The notes beneath the pieces are model-generated. The model searched no databases. It worked only from the letters and a program-made list of their open reading frames with translations, and was not told the origin of the DNA. The position numbers and the translations under genes were made by a program. Of a stretch of DNA of 60,756 nucleotides, positions 45,984 to 56,659 are shown piece by piece; the first letter of the stretch is position 1, and each line of letters begins with the position of its first letter. The stretch comes from an uncultured Thermoplasmatales archaeon (lineage in GTDB: Archaea > Thermoplasmatota > E2 > UBA202 > DSCA01). The DNA lies in contig CAZESS010000012.1 of NCBI GenBank assembly GCA_964514975.1, forward strand, positions 1-60,756, read 5' to 3'.

Positions 45984-48900
45984 ATGTATAAAAAAAGCGC
46001 AATTAAAAAGATTGGAAGCATCGTCGTGGTAGCAGCGCTCATAGCGAGCGCCTTTACCATGATTTCAGTGGGAGAAACCGAACCGGTCAGTTCGGACACC
46101 GTCACGATAAATGAGATAATGTATGACCCGGCATCCGGCAACGACGAATGGGTTGAACTCTACAACCCGGGAGACAGCGAAGTCAACGTGTCCGGATGGA
46201 CGCTCATGGATGAAGGCAACCAAACATTCGGCAACCTCACCGACGTGGTTATCCCCGCCGGCGGCTATCACGTCGTTACGGACGCCGCAGCGATACTCAA
46301 CAACGACGGGGACACCGTCACCCTGTACGATGGCGAAACCGTCGTTGACACCGTCACGTATCCCGGGGATGGCACCCAAAACCACTCGCTGGAATACAAC
46401 AGCGGCACACCTGCCTGGCATGAAAGCCGTGTCGAAGGCGGCACACCTGGGGCACGGAACAGCGTTCTCTGGCCGGAGGCAACCATTGAATACCCGACCG
46501 GCGGCGAAGTTATCGGCGGCATGATTCCCATCCAGTGGAACGCATCCAGCCCTGCAGGGCTCAACCTCGCCATCGACCTTCACTACAAGAACGACAGCGC
46601 CACCACGTGGAAAGAAATCACCACCAACGAGGAGAACGATGGATTGTACCGCTGGGACGCGACCGGTCTCGCTACCACCGACCAGTACATGGTAAAGGTA
46701 ACCGCAGCGGACACCATGAGCGACACCTGGCACGATGCATCGGAAGCGTTTAACAGCACCACGATGAGTGCCACGCCCCTAACGACTCCGTTCAACTCCA
46801 CCAAAGACGTGAGCGTTGACGGGACGAGCGGCACCGTAAAGCTGTACAACACCGACGGCAGCATGGTCGACCACCAGGATGGTTCACCCGGAGACGTGAT
46901 CTTCTATGGCGTCACATTTGACGACACCGGAACCTGGTGGGTGAACGACACCAACGAGGGCACCTTCTACCTGCAGGTCACGCCCATCGACCTCAACGTC
47001 ACCGCCAGGCCAGCAGAAGTAGAGTTCGCAAAAAGCGGCTCGGCTGGCTACGTCGAAGTAAACGGGACCGTATCAAACCCCGACGGTACGGCTGCCTCCG
47101 GAGCCCATGTAGAGATATGGGCACCCGGCGTCACACCGTCGTCGGCCACGGACCCCATCAAAACAGTAACCACCAACACGACCGGGCATTACGCCTTCAC
47201 AACGAGAATCCGAATCAGCCTGCACGGCGCCGGCATCTACAACGTGACAGCCCGGAAGGGACCGATCGGTGACGCCAATGCATTTGGATATGCCCACATG
47301 ACCGTGACCGAGGATGACGCAAACGTCTCCCTTGACAGCATGAAGGACGTATCCGGCGGCTTCTCGACCGGAGAAATCGCGTTTTCAGTCACCGGCCCCG
47401 ACGGCGACAGGTTGCTCCCCAACCAGGACTATAACCTCTCCGTCTGGAAGGGCAACACACTGTATTCCTGGCATAACACCACCGGTACGACGGGCGGGAA
47501 CATGACATTTGAGACATACGGAAAACTCCTGAACATCTCTACCAAAGACATCTGGGAGCAAGGCGACTATACCCTAAAAGTCCACGTGGACTACGCCGGC
47601 AACAGTGACTGGGAATATACGGGCGAAGGAGATTTCACCATTCCCGCACCCGCCCCGGTAAACGTCTACGTCACACAGGACTCAATCGATGTGCTTTCAC
47701 CAGAGGAAAACGCGCAGAACATCACCATTCAGGTACTCGGAAACACCAGATATACCTATGGCAACCGTAGCAACCTACATGTTGAGGCCGACAACAAGAA
47801 CATAACCAAGCGCATCTCGATAGAGGGGCACGTACTCTATACTCCGAAGAAAGAAGCATACGCATATCTCGGTAATGGCACATGGAATGTGACCGTGTTC
47901 CCAACCATGGGAGGAGGCATGATTTATATCAACGTCTCTTGGCCTAGAAATGACACCGTGACAAAGAACGTCACCATCGACAAGGGCGGCATGGCAACGA
48001 TTTCGCCGACTTCTGTTATCGTTGATGACCCCACAAATTTAACAGCTGTGGTAACCTACAACAACAATAATGTGTTCAATGCCAACGTAACGTTATACTA
48101 TGAAGAAGGCATATATGGATTGGGCAACATGGTTACCAATGGAACAATCGACGGTGACTACACTCCTGGTAAAGGTTCTGGCGGAGAATACATATTCGAC
48201 AACATCGTATCTAAGCAGGCAAATACCAATATTATTGTGCGCGTAAAGTTCACTTCAGGCACTCAGGATGTATATGCCTATGCCAACATCCGCTCAGAGG
48301 CAGCACACGACCTTAACGTTAATGTGACGCCCAACGAAGCGCTGCTAGGCGAACAGACAACCTTTGAATTCAACGTAACACGGGACGGCGACGCCTATGG
48401 CGACACCAATCTGGAGTTCTACCTGATGAATCAGACAGAACTGGACAAGTTCCATGATGATTACACAGAGCTACCAGCCACAAGAGAAATAACACCCACG
48501 ATGGATAGCACCGGCAACTTCACCTATGAAGGCCATATAGATATGCCCGGAACGTGGCACCTTTATGTCAGAACTGATAACGAGAAACATGACAACTTGG
48601 ACAACGAGACGAGCATACAGGTAACAAAGGCAACTGTCACAGCAGACCCATCAATGCTGGTGAAAAACGTTGACGTGAACAAAACCGTCGTTTTCACGGT
48701 CGAGCGGAACAATGAAGCGGTTAACGGCACACTGCATGTTACGGGCATCCAAGAAGTTGGTAGCTACGAAGCCTTCGTTAACCACACCATCGACGTGGAA
48801 ATCGTCAACGGTGAAGGAAACATCACCAACGTCACCGCCACGGAAATAGGCAATGTTACCTTCAAGTTCACACCCGCAGCATCCGGCAGCGTTGAAGGCG

Positions 48901-49529
48901 AAGCAGACGGAACACTTGAGGTTGTCACCCCAACCATCGACGTTTCACCCGAGAAGGTACATCTCGGCGAACAAAACGTGATCACCCTGACGGTAAAACA
49001 TCCGCTCACCAACAATCCAGTACCGGGCTTAACCGTCTCTGGTAAATTCCCTGCTGGCAACATGACACTCGGCAAAACCGACAGCAACGGCGAAATCGTC
49101 ATCGGCATCATCCCGGACATGACCGGCACCATCACGCTGTTCGTCGAGGGAGACAAAGCCGGCGAGATCACCATCGATGTGGGCGGCCTGAAGATACACG
49201 TCATCGGTGAGCGCTACTTCTATGTCCTGCCCGAGCTGGAGAAGGGCAAGGAGTACACCATCAAGGTGACCACCAAGGGCGACAAGGAGATCCAGGGAGC
49301 AACCGTGGAGGTAGCCGGCAACACCTACACGACGAATGCCGACGGCGAAGTGACATGGAAGCCCGACAAGACAGGCGATTTCACCATCACGGCCACCATC
49401 GGCACCTACGAAGACGGCAGCCGCGACGTGAAGGTGAAGGAAGGCCCGAGCACCCCAGGATTTGGGTTCGCCGCCCTTGTCATCGGTGTGCTGGGCGCGG
49501 CGCTCATCCTGTGGCGACGGCGCCACTAA
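45984..49529 (+). CDS. Cell-surface glycoprotein, probable S-layer protein (lamin-tail domain, Ig-like repeats, PGF-CTERM-like anchor)
   Basis: Signal peptide, INEIMYDP..EWVELYN lamin-tail domain, many N-x-S/T sequons, C-terminus TPGF-TM-RRRH. Confidence 0.8.
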   Translation: MYKKSAIKKIGSIVVVAALIASAFTMISVGETEPVSSDTVTINEIMYDPASGNDEWVELYNPGDSEVNVSGWTLMDEGNQTFGNLTDVVIPAGGYHVVTDAAAILNNDGDTVTLYDGETVVDTVTYPGDGTQNHSLEYNSGTPAWHESRVEGGTPGARNSVLWPEATIEYPTGGEVIGGMIPIQWNASSPAGLNLAIDLHYKNDSATTWKEITTNEENDGLYRWDATGLATTDQYMVKVTAADTMSDTWHDASEAFNSTTMSATPLTTPFNSTKDVSVDGTSGTVKLYNTDGSMVDHQDGSPGDVIFYGVTFDDTGTWWVNDTNEGTFYLQVTPIDLNVTARPAEVEFAKSGSAGYVEVNGTVSNPDGTAASGAHVEIWAPGVTPSSATDPIKTVTTNTTGHYAFTTRIRISLHGAGIYNVTARKGPIGDANAFGYAHMTVTEDDANVSLDSMKDVSGGFSTGEIAFSVTGPDGDRLLPNQDYNLSVWKGNTLYSWHNTTGTTGGNMTFETYGKLLNISTKDIWEQGDYTLKVHVDYAGNSDWEYTGEGDFTIPAPAPVNVYVTQDSIDVLSPEENAQNITIQVLGNTRYTYGNRSNLHVEADNKNITKRISIEGHVLYTPKKEAYAYLGNGTWNVTVFPTMGGGMIYINVSWPRNDTVTKNVTIDKGGMATISPTSVIVDDPTNLTAVVTYNNNNVFNANVTLYYEEGIYGLGNMVTNGTIDGDYTPGKGSGGEYIFDNIVSKQANTNIIVRVKFTSGTQDVYAYANIRSEAAHDLNVNVTPNEALLGEQTTFEFNVTRDGDAYGDTNLEFYLMNQTELDKFHDDYTELPATREITPTMDSTGNFTYEGHIDMPGTWHLYVRTDNEKHDNLDNETSIQVTKATVTADPSMLVKNVDVNKTVVFTVERNNEAVNGTLHVTGIQEVGSYEAFVNHTIDVEIVNGEGNITNVTATEIGNVTFKFTPAASGSVEGEADGTLEVVTPTIDVSPEKVHLGEQNVITLTVKHPLTNNPVPGLTVSGKFPAGNMTLGKTDSNGEIVIGIIPDMTGTITLFVEGDKAGEITIDVGGLKIHVIGERYFYVLPELEKGKEYTIKVTTKGDKEIQGATVEVAGNTYTTNADGEVTWKPDKTGDFTITATIGTYEDGSRDVKVKEGPSTPGFGFAALVIGVLGAALILWRRRH

Positions 49530-49577
49530 GCCCCCTTTTTCCCCTTCTTTTCCCCTTTCTTTTTTTTGCTGCTTTTT
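49530..49577 (+). terminator. Oligo-pyrimidine terminator
   Basis: Long C/T tract with several T runs right after the stop codon. Confidence 0.7.
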
Positions 49578-49672
49578 GAAAAGAGAGCGTTATTCAACCA
49601 CAATTAGCACTATATTTGATATTTTTGGCACATTATTTTAAATACAAAATAGTTACCTATTGAGGTTTAAAT

Positions 49673-52600
49673 ATGCAAAAAACTACACTAACCGCGCTCT
49701 TTTTTGCAGCTATTTGTTTGGCAGCTGTCTCGTTTATAGCCATTGGCATCGAAAGCGGCATAATGTATGCATCAGCCGACGGCGAGACCGCCACCGCCGA
49801 GATCTATGTGGACGACGATGCTGACCCAGGCTGGTATGATGCCACGCATGTTAGAAATGTTCAAGAAGGGATAGACAACGCAACGGTTGGCGATACCGTT
49901 TTTGTGTACAATGGTACATATCAGGAAAACGTGATTGTAGACAAGTCGATTAATCTCGTTGGAGAAGATAAAAACAATACAATCATTGACGGCAGTGAAA
50001 GTGGGGATGTTGTAAACATTAATTCAGATACTGACTTTGTAAATATTAGTAAATTCACAATCCAAAATAGTGGCGGGGAATGGGATTCTGGAATTATTAT
50101 TAGTCATTCCAGCAACAACATGATAAAAAATTGTACTGTTGTCGATAATGGTTTAGGAATCAGTGTTTATTATGGCCAGCAAAATATAATCTCAGATTGT
50201 CGCATATCTAACAACTATCGGTATGGCATTTTGCTAAGTTGGTCGATGAACTGTACCGTATGTAACAACGAGTTGAACCCAGATGAGTTGTCGATAGATG
50301 GGGACAGTATAGTACATTACAGCCATTTTGTTCACAACAACACAGTAAATGAAAAACCATTATACTACTTTGAAAATGTCAATAATGTGGTTAAAACAGA
50401 TATAGAATTTGGAGAGATTATACTGGTAAATTGTAGTAACTTCACCATACAAAATATTTCTGTCAGAGGACATAACTCTGGTCTAATAGAAACAGCATAT
50501 TGCAATAATATTCACATATCTAATAGTACATTTTATTCTGGCGGGATTGTTTTAGCCTACACGAAAATGAGTAATATTTTTGACTGTGTACTAAATGAAA
50601 CATCTCTTGTATTGTACAGGTATAGTAGCAACAATTCTATAACTGCTTGCGATTTCGTTAATCAAAGCCATCTTAACCTAAATGCTTATTCAAGCAACAA
50701 TACAATTTCACAATGCAACTTCTCAAACAATCACCAAGATATAGAGATATCAGATGATTGTGGCAACAACATTATCTACCATTGCAATTTTATTAATAGT
50801 GGTTCTCCATCTTATGATTGGGGTGGCAACTTATGGTACCGCCTAGACCTCCAACAAGGCAATTATTGGTCAGATTTTGATGAAACCAGTGAGGGGGCCT
50901 ATGATAATGACAGCGATGGCATAGTTGATGCAGCCTACAATATTTCTGGCGGTGACAGTCAAGACTTGTATCCATTGATTTACCCATGGAATGAGACAGG
51001 ACAAGCACCCTCTGCCGATATCTATGTCGATGATGATGCTGATGCTGGCTGGTATGATGCCACGCATGTTAGAAATGTTCAAGAAGGGATAGACAACGCA
51101 ACGGTTGGCGATACCGTTTTTGTGTATAACGGCACGTATAACGAGAATGTGATACTAAACAAGACCGTTGAGTTAATTGGTGAACATGGAAACAAGACGG
51201 TTATTGAGGGTGACCGAAGCTGTGCCGTTATTGATGTTTCCACGGATGGGGCATATGTTTCCGGACTTTGGATAAAAAATGGCAGTGACGGAATCAAAAT
51301 TAACGGAGTTCATTTGTGCACTATCGAGGATACCATATGTTCTAATAATACCCACAACAATATCTTGGTATACAACTCAAGCGATAGTACCATTAGCGGA
51401 AACACCGTCATAAACAGTACACAGGGTATAACTTTAGGTATATCCGAAAACATTATCCTCGTAAACAACACGATTTTGGACAATAGCCGGGGATTGAATC
51501 TAGCTTCGTCAAATAAAAACAACATACAAAACAATACACTTACTGACAACAACCTCGGTGTTCATTCGTCAGCTTCTAATAATAATATAATGTCAGAAAA
51601 CAAGGTTACTAACAATTTTTATGGCATTAACGTATACAATTCAGATAAGAATACAATTTGTTGTAATAACATTACAAATAACAATAATAACGGTCTAACT
51701 CTTTCTTCCAGCAACGACAGTACTATTGCAAAAAACATGATTTCTGGCCATTATATGTGGGGCATTCATTTATCTTCTTCAGATAACAATACAATTTCAT
51801 CGAACACTATTCTTGATAACTTATACGGCGATATAAATCTGAGCGCGTCAAATAAAAACCTCATCTATAATAATATTATCAGTAACGCTAATTCTGTTTC
51901 TGATGATGGTGAAAACAACTGGAATATCAGCAAAACCCTGGGAGAAAATATTATTGGAGGACCATTCATTGGTGGCAATTATTGGCTCGATTATCCTGGC
52001 TCCGATATAAACGGAGATCGTATTGGGGATACATCTATTCCATATGGGGCCAAGGATTACCTGCCCCTCATAGGACAGAGAGCTGTCTATATCGATGATA
52101 ATTATAACGCCTCAACGCCCGGATGGCAAATCGACCATTTTGACAATATACAGGCCGGAATGGATATTTTAGCAAATAACGGCTCAGCATTTATTTCAAA
52201 TGGGATATACCAAGAGAATATCCACATAAATAAAGGGATAAATATCTATGGCGAAAATGTGGAAGATACAGTTATCGACGGATGCAATACAAGATACGAC
52301 GTAATTGAAATTAATAGTCACAATGTAACTTTACGTAACTTAACAATAAAAAACGGAGAGTATGGGATTAAGTTGTCTTCAAATAATTCAATTACCAATT
52401 GTACTTTTAGGAATAACTCCAAAGCAATATTTGGAGATGGCGCGAGTAACAATAATATAAGTTGCTGCGATTTTTTTGGTAACCAAATGGGAATAAATCT
52501 GGGATGGAATAGTGTTAAAAATTCTATCGAAAATTGCAACATCTTTGCTAACGAAAACAGCGGGATTTACATCTATCGACATAGTAATATCACCGTTTCA

Positions 52601-55600
52601 AACTGCCAAATTTACGATAATAACGGTACAGGAATCTTGTTTTCAGAATGGTCACATGGTAGCAAAATATACAATAATACCGTATTCGACAATTTTGGAG
52701 GAATCGGTATGAACCAATTTTGTCAAAACATTACTATGAGAGATAATACTTTGTATGATAACAAGTATAATTTTGGGGTTTCAACTGGCGGTGAAACTCA
52801 CTATTTTAACAACGATATTGACACCTCCAACACCATCAACGGAAAACCAATTCATTATCTCATAGGAAAAAACGACACTATGATAGATAATTCCGTAGAA
52901 CGAGGGTATCTAGCTCTTATATCATGTAATAATATGACGCTACAAAATATCTCCCTAAACGAAAATATGGACGGTGTCTTACTTGTAAATCTCACAAATT
53001 CGGAAATCAAAGACTGCCGCTGGAAAAATAACTCGATAGGTATGTTGCTGGTAAACTCCAAAAATAACAGTGTCCACAACTGCACCATCAAAGACAACAT
53101 CTACGGAATAGGGGTTCAAGATTCAGCAAATAATACCTTCTATCATAATAATATAGAAAATAATCTTGAGCTCCAAGCAGGATGGGATTACTGGAACAAT
53201 ATATGGTACAATATGGCACTGAATGAGGGCAACTACTGGAGCGACTACAACGAAACCGACAGCGACGGTAATGGCATCGGCGACGGCCCGTACAATATTT
53301 CTGGAGGGAACAACCAAGACCTCTACCCGCTCATGCATCCATACGGCTCCATCACAAACCTTGATACAGGCGAAGTGTTCTTGACGATTCAAGACGCCAT
53401 CGATGACAACGATACACTGGATGGGCACACGATATATGTCAAAAATGGCACCTACCCTGAAAACCTTGCTGTGGACAAGTCCATTAATATTGTAGGGGAA
53501 GAGAAAAACAATACTTTCATAGACGGCGGAGGAAATGGAACCGTTGTGAATATCACCGCTGACCATGTGAACCTCAACGGATTTAGCATTAAAAACGGGG
53601 GTTATGCAATCCGTCTATTCTCTATCAACAACTGCGTAATAAAAAACAATATCATTTTGGATAATCAGTACGAAGCCATATACATAAGAAACACGACCGA
53701 ATCGATAATAGAGAAAAATATAATCCAAAATAACAGCGGAGAGAGTGCCATCGGATTAAGAAATTCACATAACAATACTATCGCTGAAAACGAGATACAT
53801 CATCCTTGGTGGGGAACGATATTATTTAACTCTGGGAACAACCAATTTATGGATAACATGTTTTATAATTGTAGTTTTTACATATTCTCACAAGATATAT
53901 CCAACCTCTATCATACCATCACCCCCACCAACAAAGTAAACGGCAGGCCAATATACTATTATGCCAATCAATCCAACATACAAGTGCCAACCGATGCAGG
54001 CCAAGTCATACTTGTAAACTGTAGTTCAACCAATGCCTCCAATCTCCAACTCACAAATGGCTCCATCGGAATAGAAATATACGCCTGTAACAACACCCAA
54101 ATCCATGGAAACAACATCACGAATAACATATACGGAATCGTTTCTTTCATCTCGAACAACACAATGATAAAGTTTAATAATATCTATGGCAGCCATGGAT
54201 ATTATGAATGGTACGGCGTTGCCGCCCTTGGCCAAACAGTCAATGCACCTTATAACTACTGGGGCGTCCCATCTGGCCCCTATCATCCTGACCTGAATCC
54301 TGATGGAACTGGTGACAACATAAGCGACAACGTCCTCTTTGAGCCATGGCTGACCACCCCAGTGAAAGGTGCAAAAGAGGCAACATTAAAGCAGGGCAAG
54401 CAAGAAGTCGATGCTACTCAAGAGACAGATACGTCTGCCACGGTAAACGCTACGCAGAACAACAGCGTCAGGATAATATCCTACGAGGAATCACCTGTTA
54501 ACGAGTCAGATGTCGTCAAGTCAGTGGGGAAACACGTTGAGGTTGAAGTTGAGAATACAAGCAACATCAAATGGCCAATCAGCCTCAACATCTACTATAC
54601 ACAAGCGGATTTAGACGAGCGGGGTCTGACTGAGAATCAACTCATGGGTATCTACTTCTACAACGAAACCAGCGAAACATGGGAACTCTACAATGACACG
54701 GGTATCAACACCACCGACATAACCAAGGGCAGCAAGCAGTATGCTGGCTATGCATGGGCCAACGCATGGCATCTCACCCATCTCACCGTAGCAGGCGACA
54801 ACCAGCCGCCAGCCATCACCAATGTGGCTGCCATGCCAGAGAGTCAGCAGCAAGGTGGCACAGTCAATGTCACCTGCACAATTACGGACAACCTTGGGGC
54901 GGATACCGTCATGGTTAACATCTCGTATCCAGATAGCAGCACCGATAGCAGCCCAATGTCAAAAATCTCTGGGATGCACACCTATTATTATGAGACAACG
55001 TACTCTATGTCTGGCGATTATCAGTTCCATGTCTGGGCGAACGACAGCAAAGATAACGTGAATACATCGGCAGAGAAAACCTTTACAATATCGTTCCCCC
55101 AATACACTCTTGACACCGATGTTTCTCCTTCAGGTGCTGGCTCCATTTCCCTCAGTCCTTCCGGTGGCACATATGAAGAGGGAACGGTGATCACCGCTAC
55201 GGCAAGTCCAGCGAGTGGCTACCAGTTCGACTACTGGGGTGGCGATGTCAGCGGAACGAGCACATCCATACAAGTTACGATGAGCGAGGACAAGAACATC
55301 GTTGCATATTTCAGTACAAAGCCCTCGCCGCCAGAAAACGAGCGTCCCACTATTTCCCTCGCTTCTCTCGCCGCCGGCAGCACCGTCAATGGCACCGTCA
55401 CCATTTCAGGCACGGCGAGCGACAGTGATGGTACGGTGCAGAGCGTCGAAGTCAAGATTGATGACGCCTCATGGCAGACAGCGACAGGTACAGATTCATG
55501 GACATACGATTGGGGTACCACAACGGTGGGCAATGGCAACCACACCATCAGTGCACGGAGTTATGACGGTGAAGACTACTCGGATGTTGCCTCGGTCATC

Positions 55601-56020
55601 GTCGAGGTGTTCAACAATCATCCGCCCTCGGTGTCGATTACGTCGCCGGAGGACGGGGCAACGGTCAACGGCACCATTAATATCACTGGGACGGCGAGCG
55701 ACATAGATGGCAATGAGACGCTCCAGATTCCTGAAATACAGATAGAACATGACGGCGGAATCATTGAATGGATGCCTGTAAACGGGACCACTTCATGGAA
55801 CTACATATGGAACACGACAGAGCACGAGGATGAAGCATTCACGATAAAGGTACAAGCGTTTGATGGCCATAGCTTTTCTAACACCACAACAATCACCCTC
55901 ACCGTCGACAACGAGAAAAAAGATGGGGATGACACCGCTGGCTTCGAATTCATGCTGCTGGTTCTGGCTACCCTTACTATGGCAGCGATTTTTAGAAAAA
56001 AAAGCAGAAAAAAGGTGTAA
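49673..56020 (+). CDS. Giant surface protein: four NosD/CASH beta-helix modules, Ig-like domains, (A)GF-TM-basic C-terminal anchor
   Basis: Signal peptide; repeated IQEGID/IQAGMD/IQDAID caps and GNYW..D.YPL ends; tail TAGFEF-TM-RKKSRKK; visibly AT-rich. Confidence 0.88.
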   Translation: MQKTTLTALFFAAICLAAVSFIAIGIESGIMYASADGETATAEIYVDDDADPGWYDATHVRNVQEGIDNATVGDTVFVYNGTYQENVIVDKSINLVGEDKNNTIIDGSESGDVVNINSDTDFVNISKFTIQNSGGEWDSGIIISHSSNNMIKNCTVVDNGLGISVYYGQQNIISDCRISNNYRYGILLSWSMNCTVCNNELNPDELSIDGDSIVHYSHFVHNNTVNEKPLYYFENVNNVVKTDIEFGEIILVNCSNFTIQNISVRGHNSGLIETAYCNNIHISNSTFYSGGIVLAYTKMSNIFDCVLNETSLVLYRYSSNNSITACDFVNQSHLNLNAYSSNNTISQCNFSNNHQDIEISDDCGNNIIYHCNFINSGSPSYDWGGNLWYRLDLQQGNYWSDFDETSEGAYDNDSDGIVDAAYNISGGDSQDLYPLIYPWNETGQAPSADIYVDDDADAGWYDATHVRNVQEGIDNATVGDTVFVYNGTYNENVILNKTVELIGEHGNKTVIEGDRSCAVIDVSTDGAYVSGLWIKNGSDGIKINGVHLCTIEDTICSNNTHNNILVYNSSDSTISGNTVINSTQGITLGISENIILVNNTILDNSRGLNLASSNKNNIQNNTLTDNNLGVHSSASNNNIMSENKVTNNFYGINVYNSDKNTICCNNITNNNNNGLTLSSSNDSTIAKNMISGHYMWGIHLSSSDNNTISSNTILDNLYGDINLSASNKNLIYNNIISNANSVSDDGENNWNISKTLGENIIGGPFIGGNYWLDYPGSDINGDRIGDTSIPYGAKDYLPLIGQRAVYIDDNYNASTPGWQIDHFDNIQAGMDILANNGSAFISNGIYQENIHINKGINIYGENVEDTVIDGCNTRYDVIEINSHNVTLRNLTIKNGEYGIKLSSNNSITNCTFRNNSKAIFGDGASNNNISCCDFFGNQMGINLGWNSVKNSIENCNIFANENSGIYIYRHSNITVSNCQIYDNNGTGILFSEWSHGSKIYNNTVFDNFGGIGMNQFCQNITMRDNTLYDNKYNFGVSTGGETHYFNNDIDTSNTINGKPIHYLIGKNDTMIDNSVERGYLALISCNNMTLQNISLNENMDGVLLVNLTNSEIKDCRWKNNSIGMLLVNSKNNSVHNCTIKDNIYGIGVQDSANNTFYHNNIENNLELQAGWDYWNNIWYNMALNEGNYWSDYNETDSDGNGIGDGPYNISGGNNQDLYPLMHPYGSITNLDTGEVFLTIQDAIDDNDTLDGHTIYVKNGTYPENLAVDKSINIVGEEKNNTFIDGGGNGTVVNITADHVNLNGFSIKNGGYAIRLFSINNCVIKNNIILDNQYEAIYIRNTTESIIEKNIIQNNSGESAIGLRNSHNNTIAENEIHHPWWGTILFNSGNNQFMDNMFYNCSFYIFSQDISNLYHTITPTNKVNGRPIYYYANQSNIQVPTDAGQVILVNCSSTNASNLQLTNGSIGIEIYACNNTQIHGNNITNNIYGIVSFISNNTMIKFNNIYGSHGYYEWYGVAALGQTVNAPYNYWGVPSGPYHPDLNPDGTGDNISDNVLFEPWLTTPVKGAKEATLKQGKQEVDATQETDTSATVNATQNNSVRIISYEESPVNESDVVKSVGKHVEVEVENTSNIKWPISLNIYYTQADLDERGLTENQLMGIYFYNETSETWELYNDTGINTTDITKGSKQYAGYAWANAWHLTHLTVAGDNQPPAITNVAAMPESQQQGGTVNVTCTITDNLGADTVMVNISYPDSSTDSSPMSKISGMHTYYYETTYSMSGDYQFHVWANDSKDNVNTSAEKTFTISFPQYTLDTDVSPSGAGSISLSPSGGTYEEGTVITATASPASGYQFDYWGGDVSGTSTSIQVTMSEDKNIVAYFSTKPSPPENERPTISLASLAAGSTVNGTVTISGTASDSDGTVQSVEVKIDDASWQTATGTDSWTYDWGTTTVGNGNHTISARSYDGEDYSDVASVIVEVFNNHPPSVSITSPEDGATVNGTINITGTASDIDGNETLQIPEIQIEHDGGIIEWMPVNGTTSWNYIWNTTEHEDEAFTIKVQAFDGHSFSNTTTITLTVDNEKKDGDDTAGFEFMLLVLATLTMAAIFRKKSRKKV
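49829..49908 (+). repeat. 80-bp exact direct repeat, copy 1
   Basis: Identical to 51047-51126. Confidence 0.92.
51047..51126 (+). repeat. 80-bp exact direct repeat, copy 2
   Basis: Identical to 49829-49908. Confidence 0.92.
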
Positions 56021-56185
56021 TACAAGAACCATAATAGGACACCAATAACCGTTAAGATTCACAAATCAAATTGTGGAAACCCAGCATATGAGGATGCCAA
56101 CTCTGTTACAACACCGGCCATCAGAATTGTGGAATAAAGGATAATGTTTTAATACACGTATTCGGTTAAATTGTTGCAGGGAAAC

Positions 56186-56659
56186 ATGATGGATGACGAG
56201 AGCGAGGATGAAAAAAATCCCTTCAACGACGAGGAATTCCAGCGTATCCTCCAGGAGATGGAGCGGCTGGTGGAGGATGCGTTCAAATCATCGCTTGAGG
56301 AATGGAAGTCCGGCAAGACCTTCGTAAAGGGATTCTCGGTCAGGATGGGGCCCGACGGCGAGCCGCAGATAGACGAGTTCAGCCAGGACGCCGCCGACGA
56401 GGAGGAGATGGAAACCGACGTGATGGAGGGCGTTGACAGCATCGCCGTCACCATGGCGCTTCCCTACCCCGTTGCTCCTGAAAACATCGATGTCTATGTC
56501 GAGCGGGAGACCCTGGAGGTCGCCGTTGACAGCCCGGAGCGGACGATGTACAGGGCCATTGCGCTGCCCTGCCCGGTCGTGGAGGACAGCCTGTCGTATA
56601 CCTACCGGAACAGGGTGCTGGACGTCGAGATGCAGAAGCGGGATGCCCTGCAGCTATAG
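56186..56659 (+). CDS. Archaeal Hsp20-like small heat shock protein
   Basis: GFSVRMGPDGEPQIDEF and alpha-crystallin end LP..V....YRNRVLDV. Confidence 0.8.
   Translation: MMDDESEDEKNPFNDEEFQRILQEMERLVEDAFKSSLEEWKSGKTFVKGFSVRMGPDGEPQIDEFSQDAADEEEMETDVMEGVDSIAVTMALPYPVAPENIDVYVERETLEVAVDSPERTMYRAIALPCPVVEDSLSYTYRNRVLDVEMQKRDALQL

Noticed and set aside
49673-56020. Prophage, mobile island or DGR target for the AT-rich region
   Set aside because: It is one continuous ORF; no integrase, transposase, reverse transcriptase or adenine-specific TR/VR pair was seen.
56069-56134. AATTGTGGAA repeated upstream of hsp20
   Set aside because: Only two 10-mers in AT-rich DNA; too weak to call a heat-shock operator.
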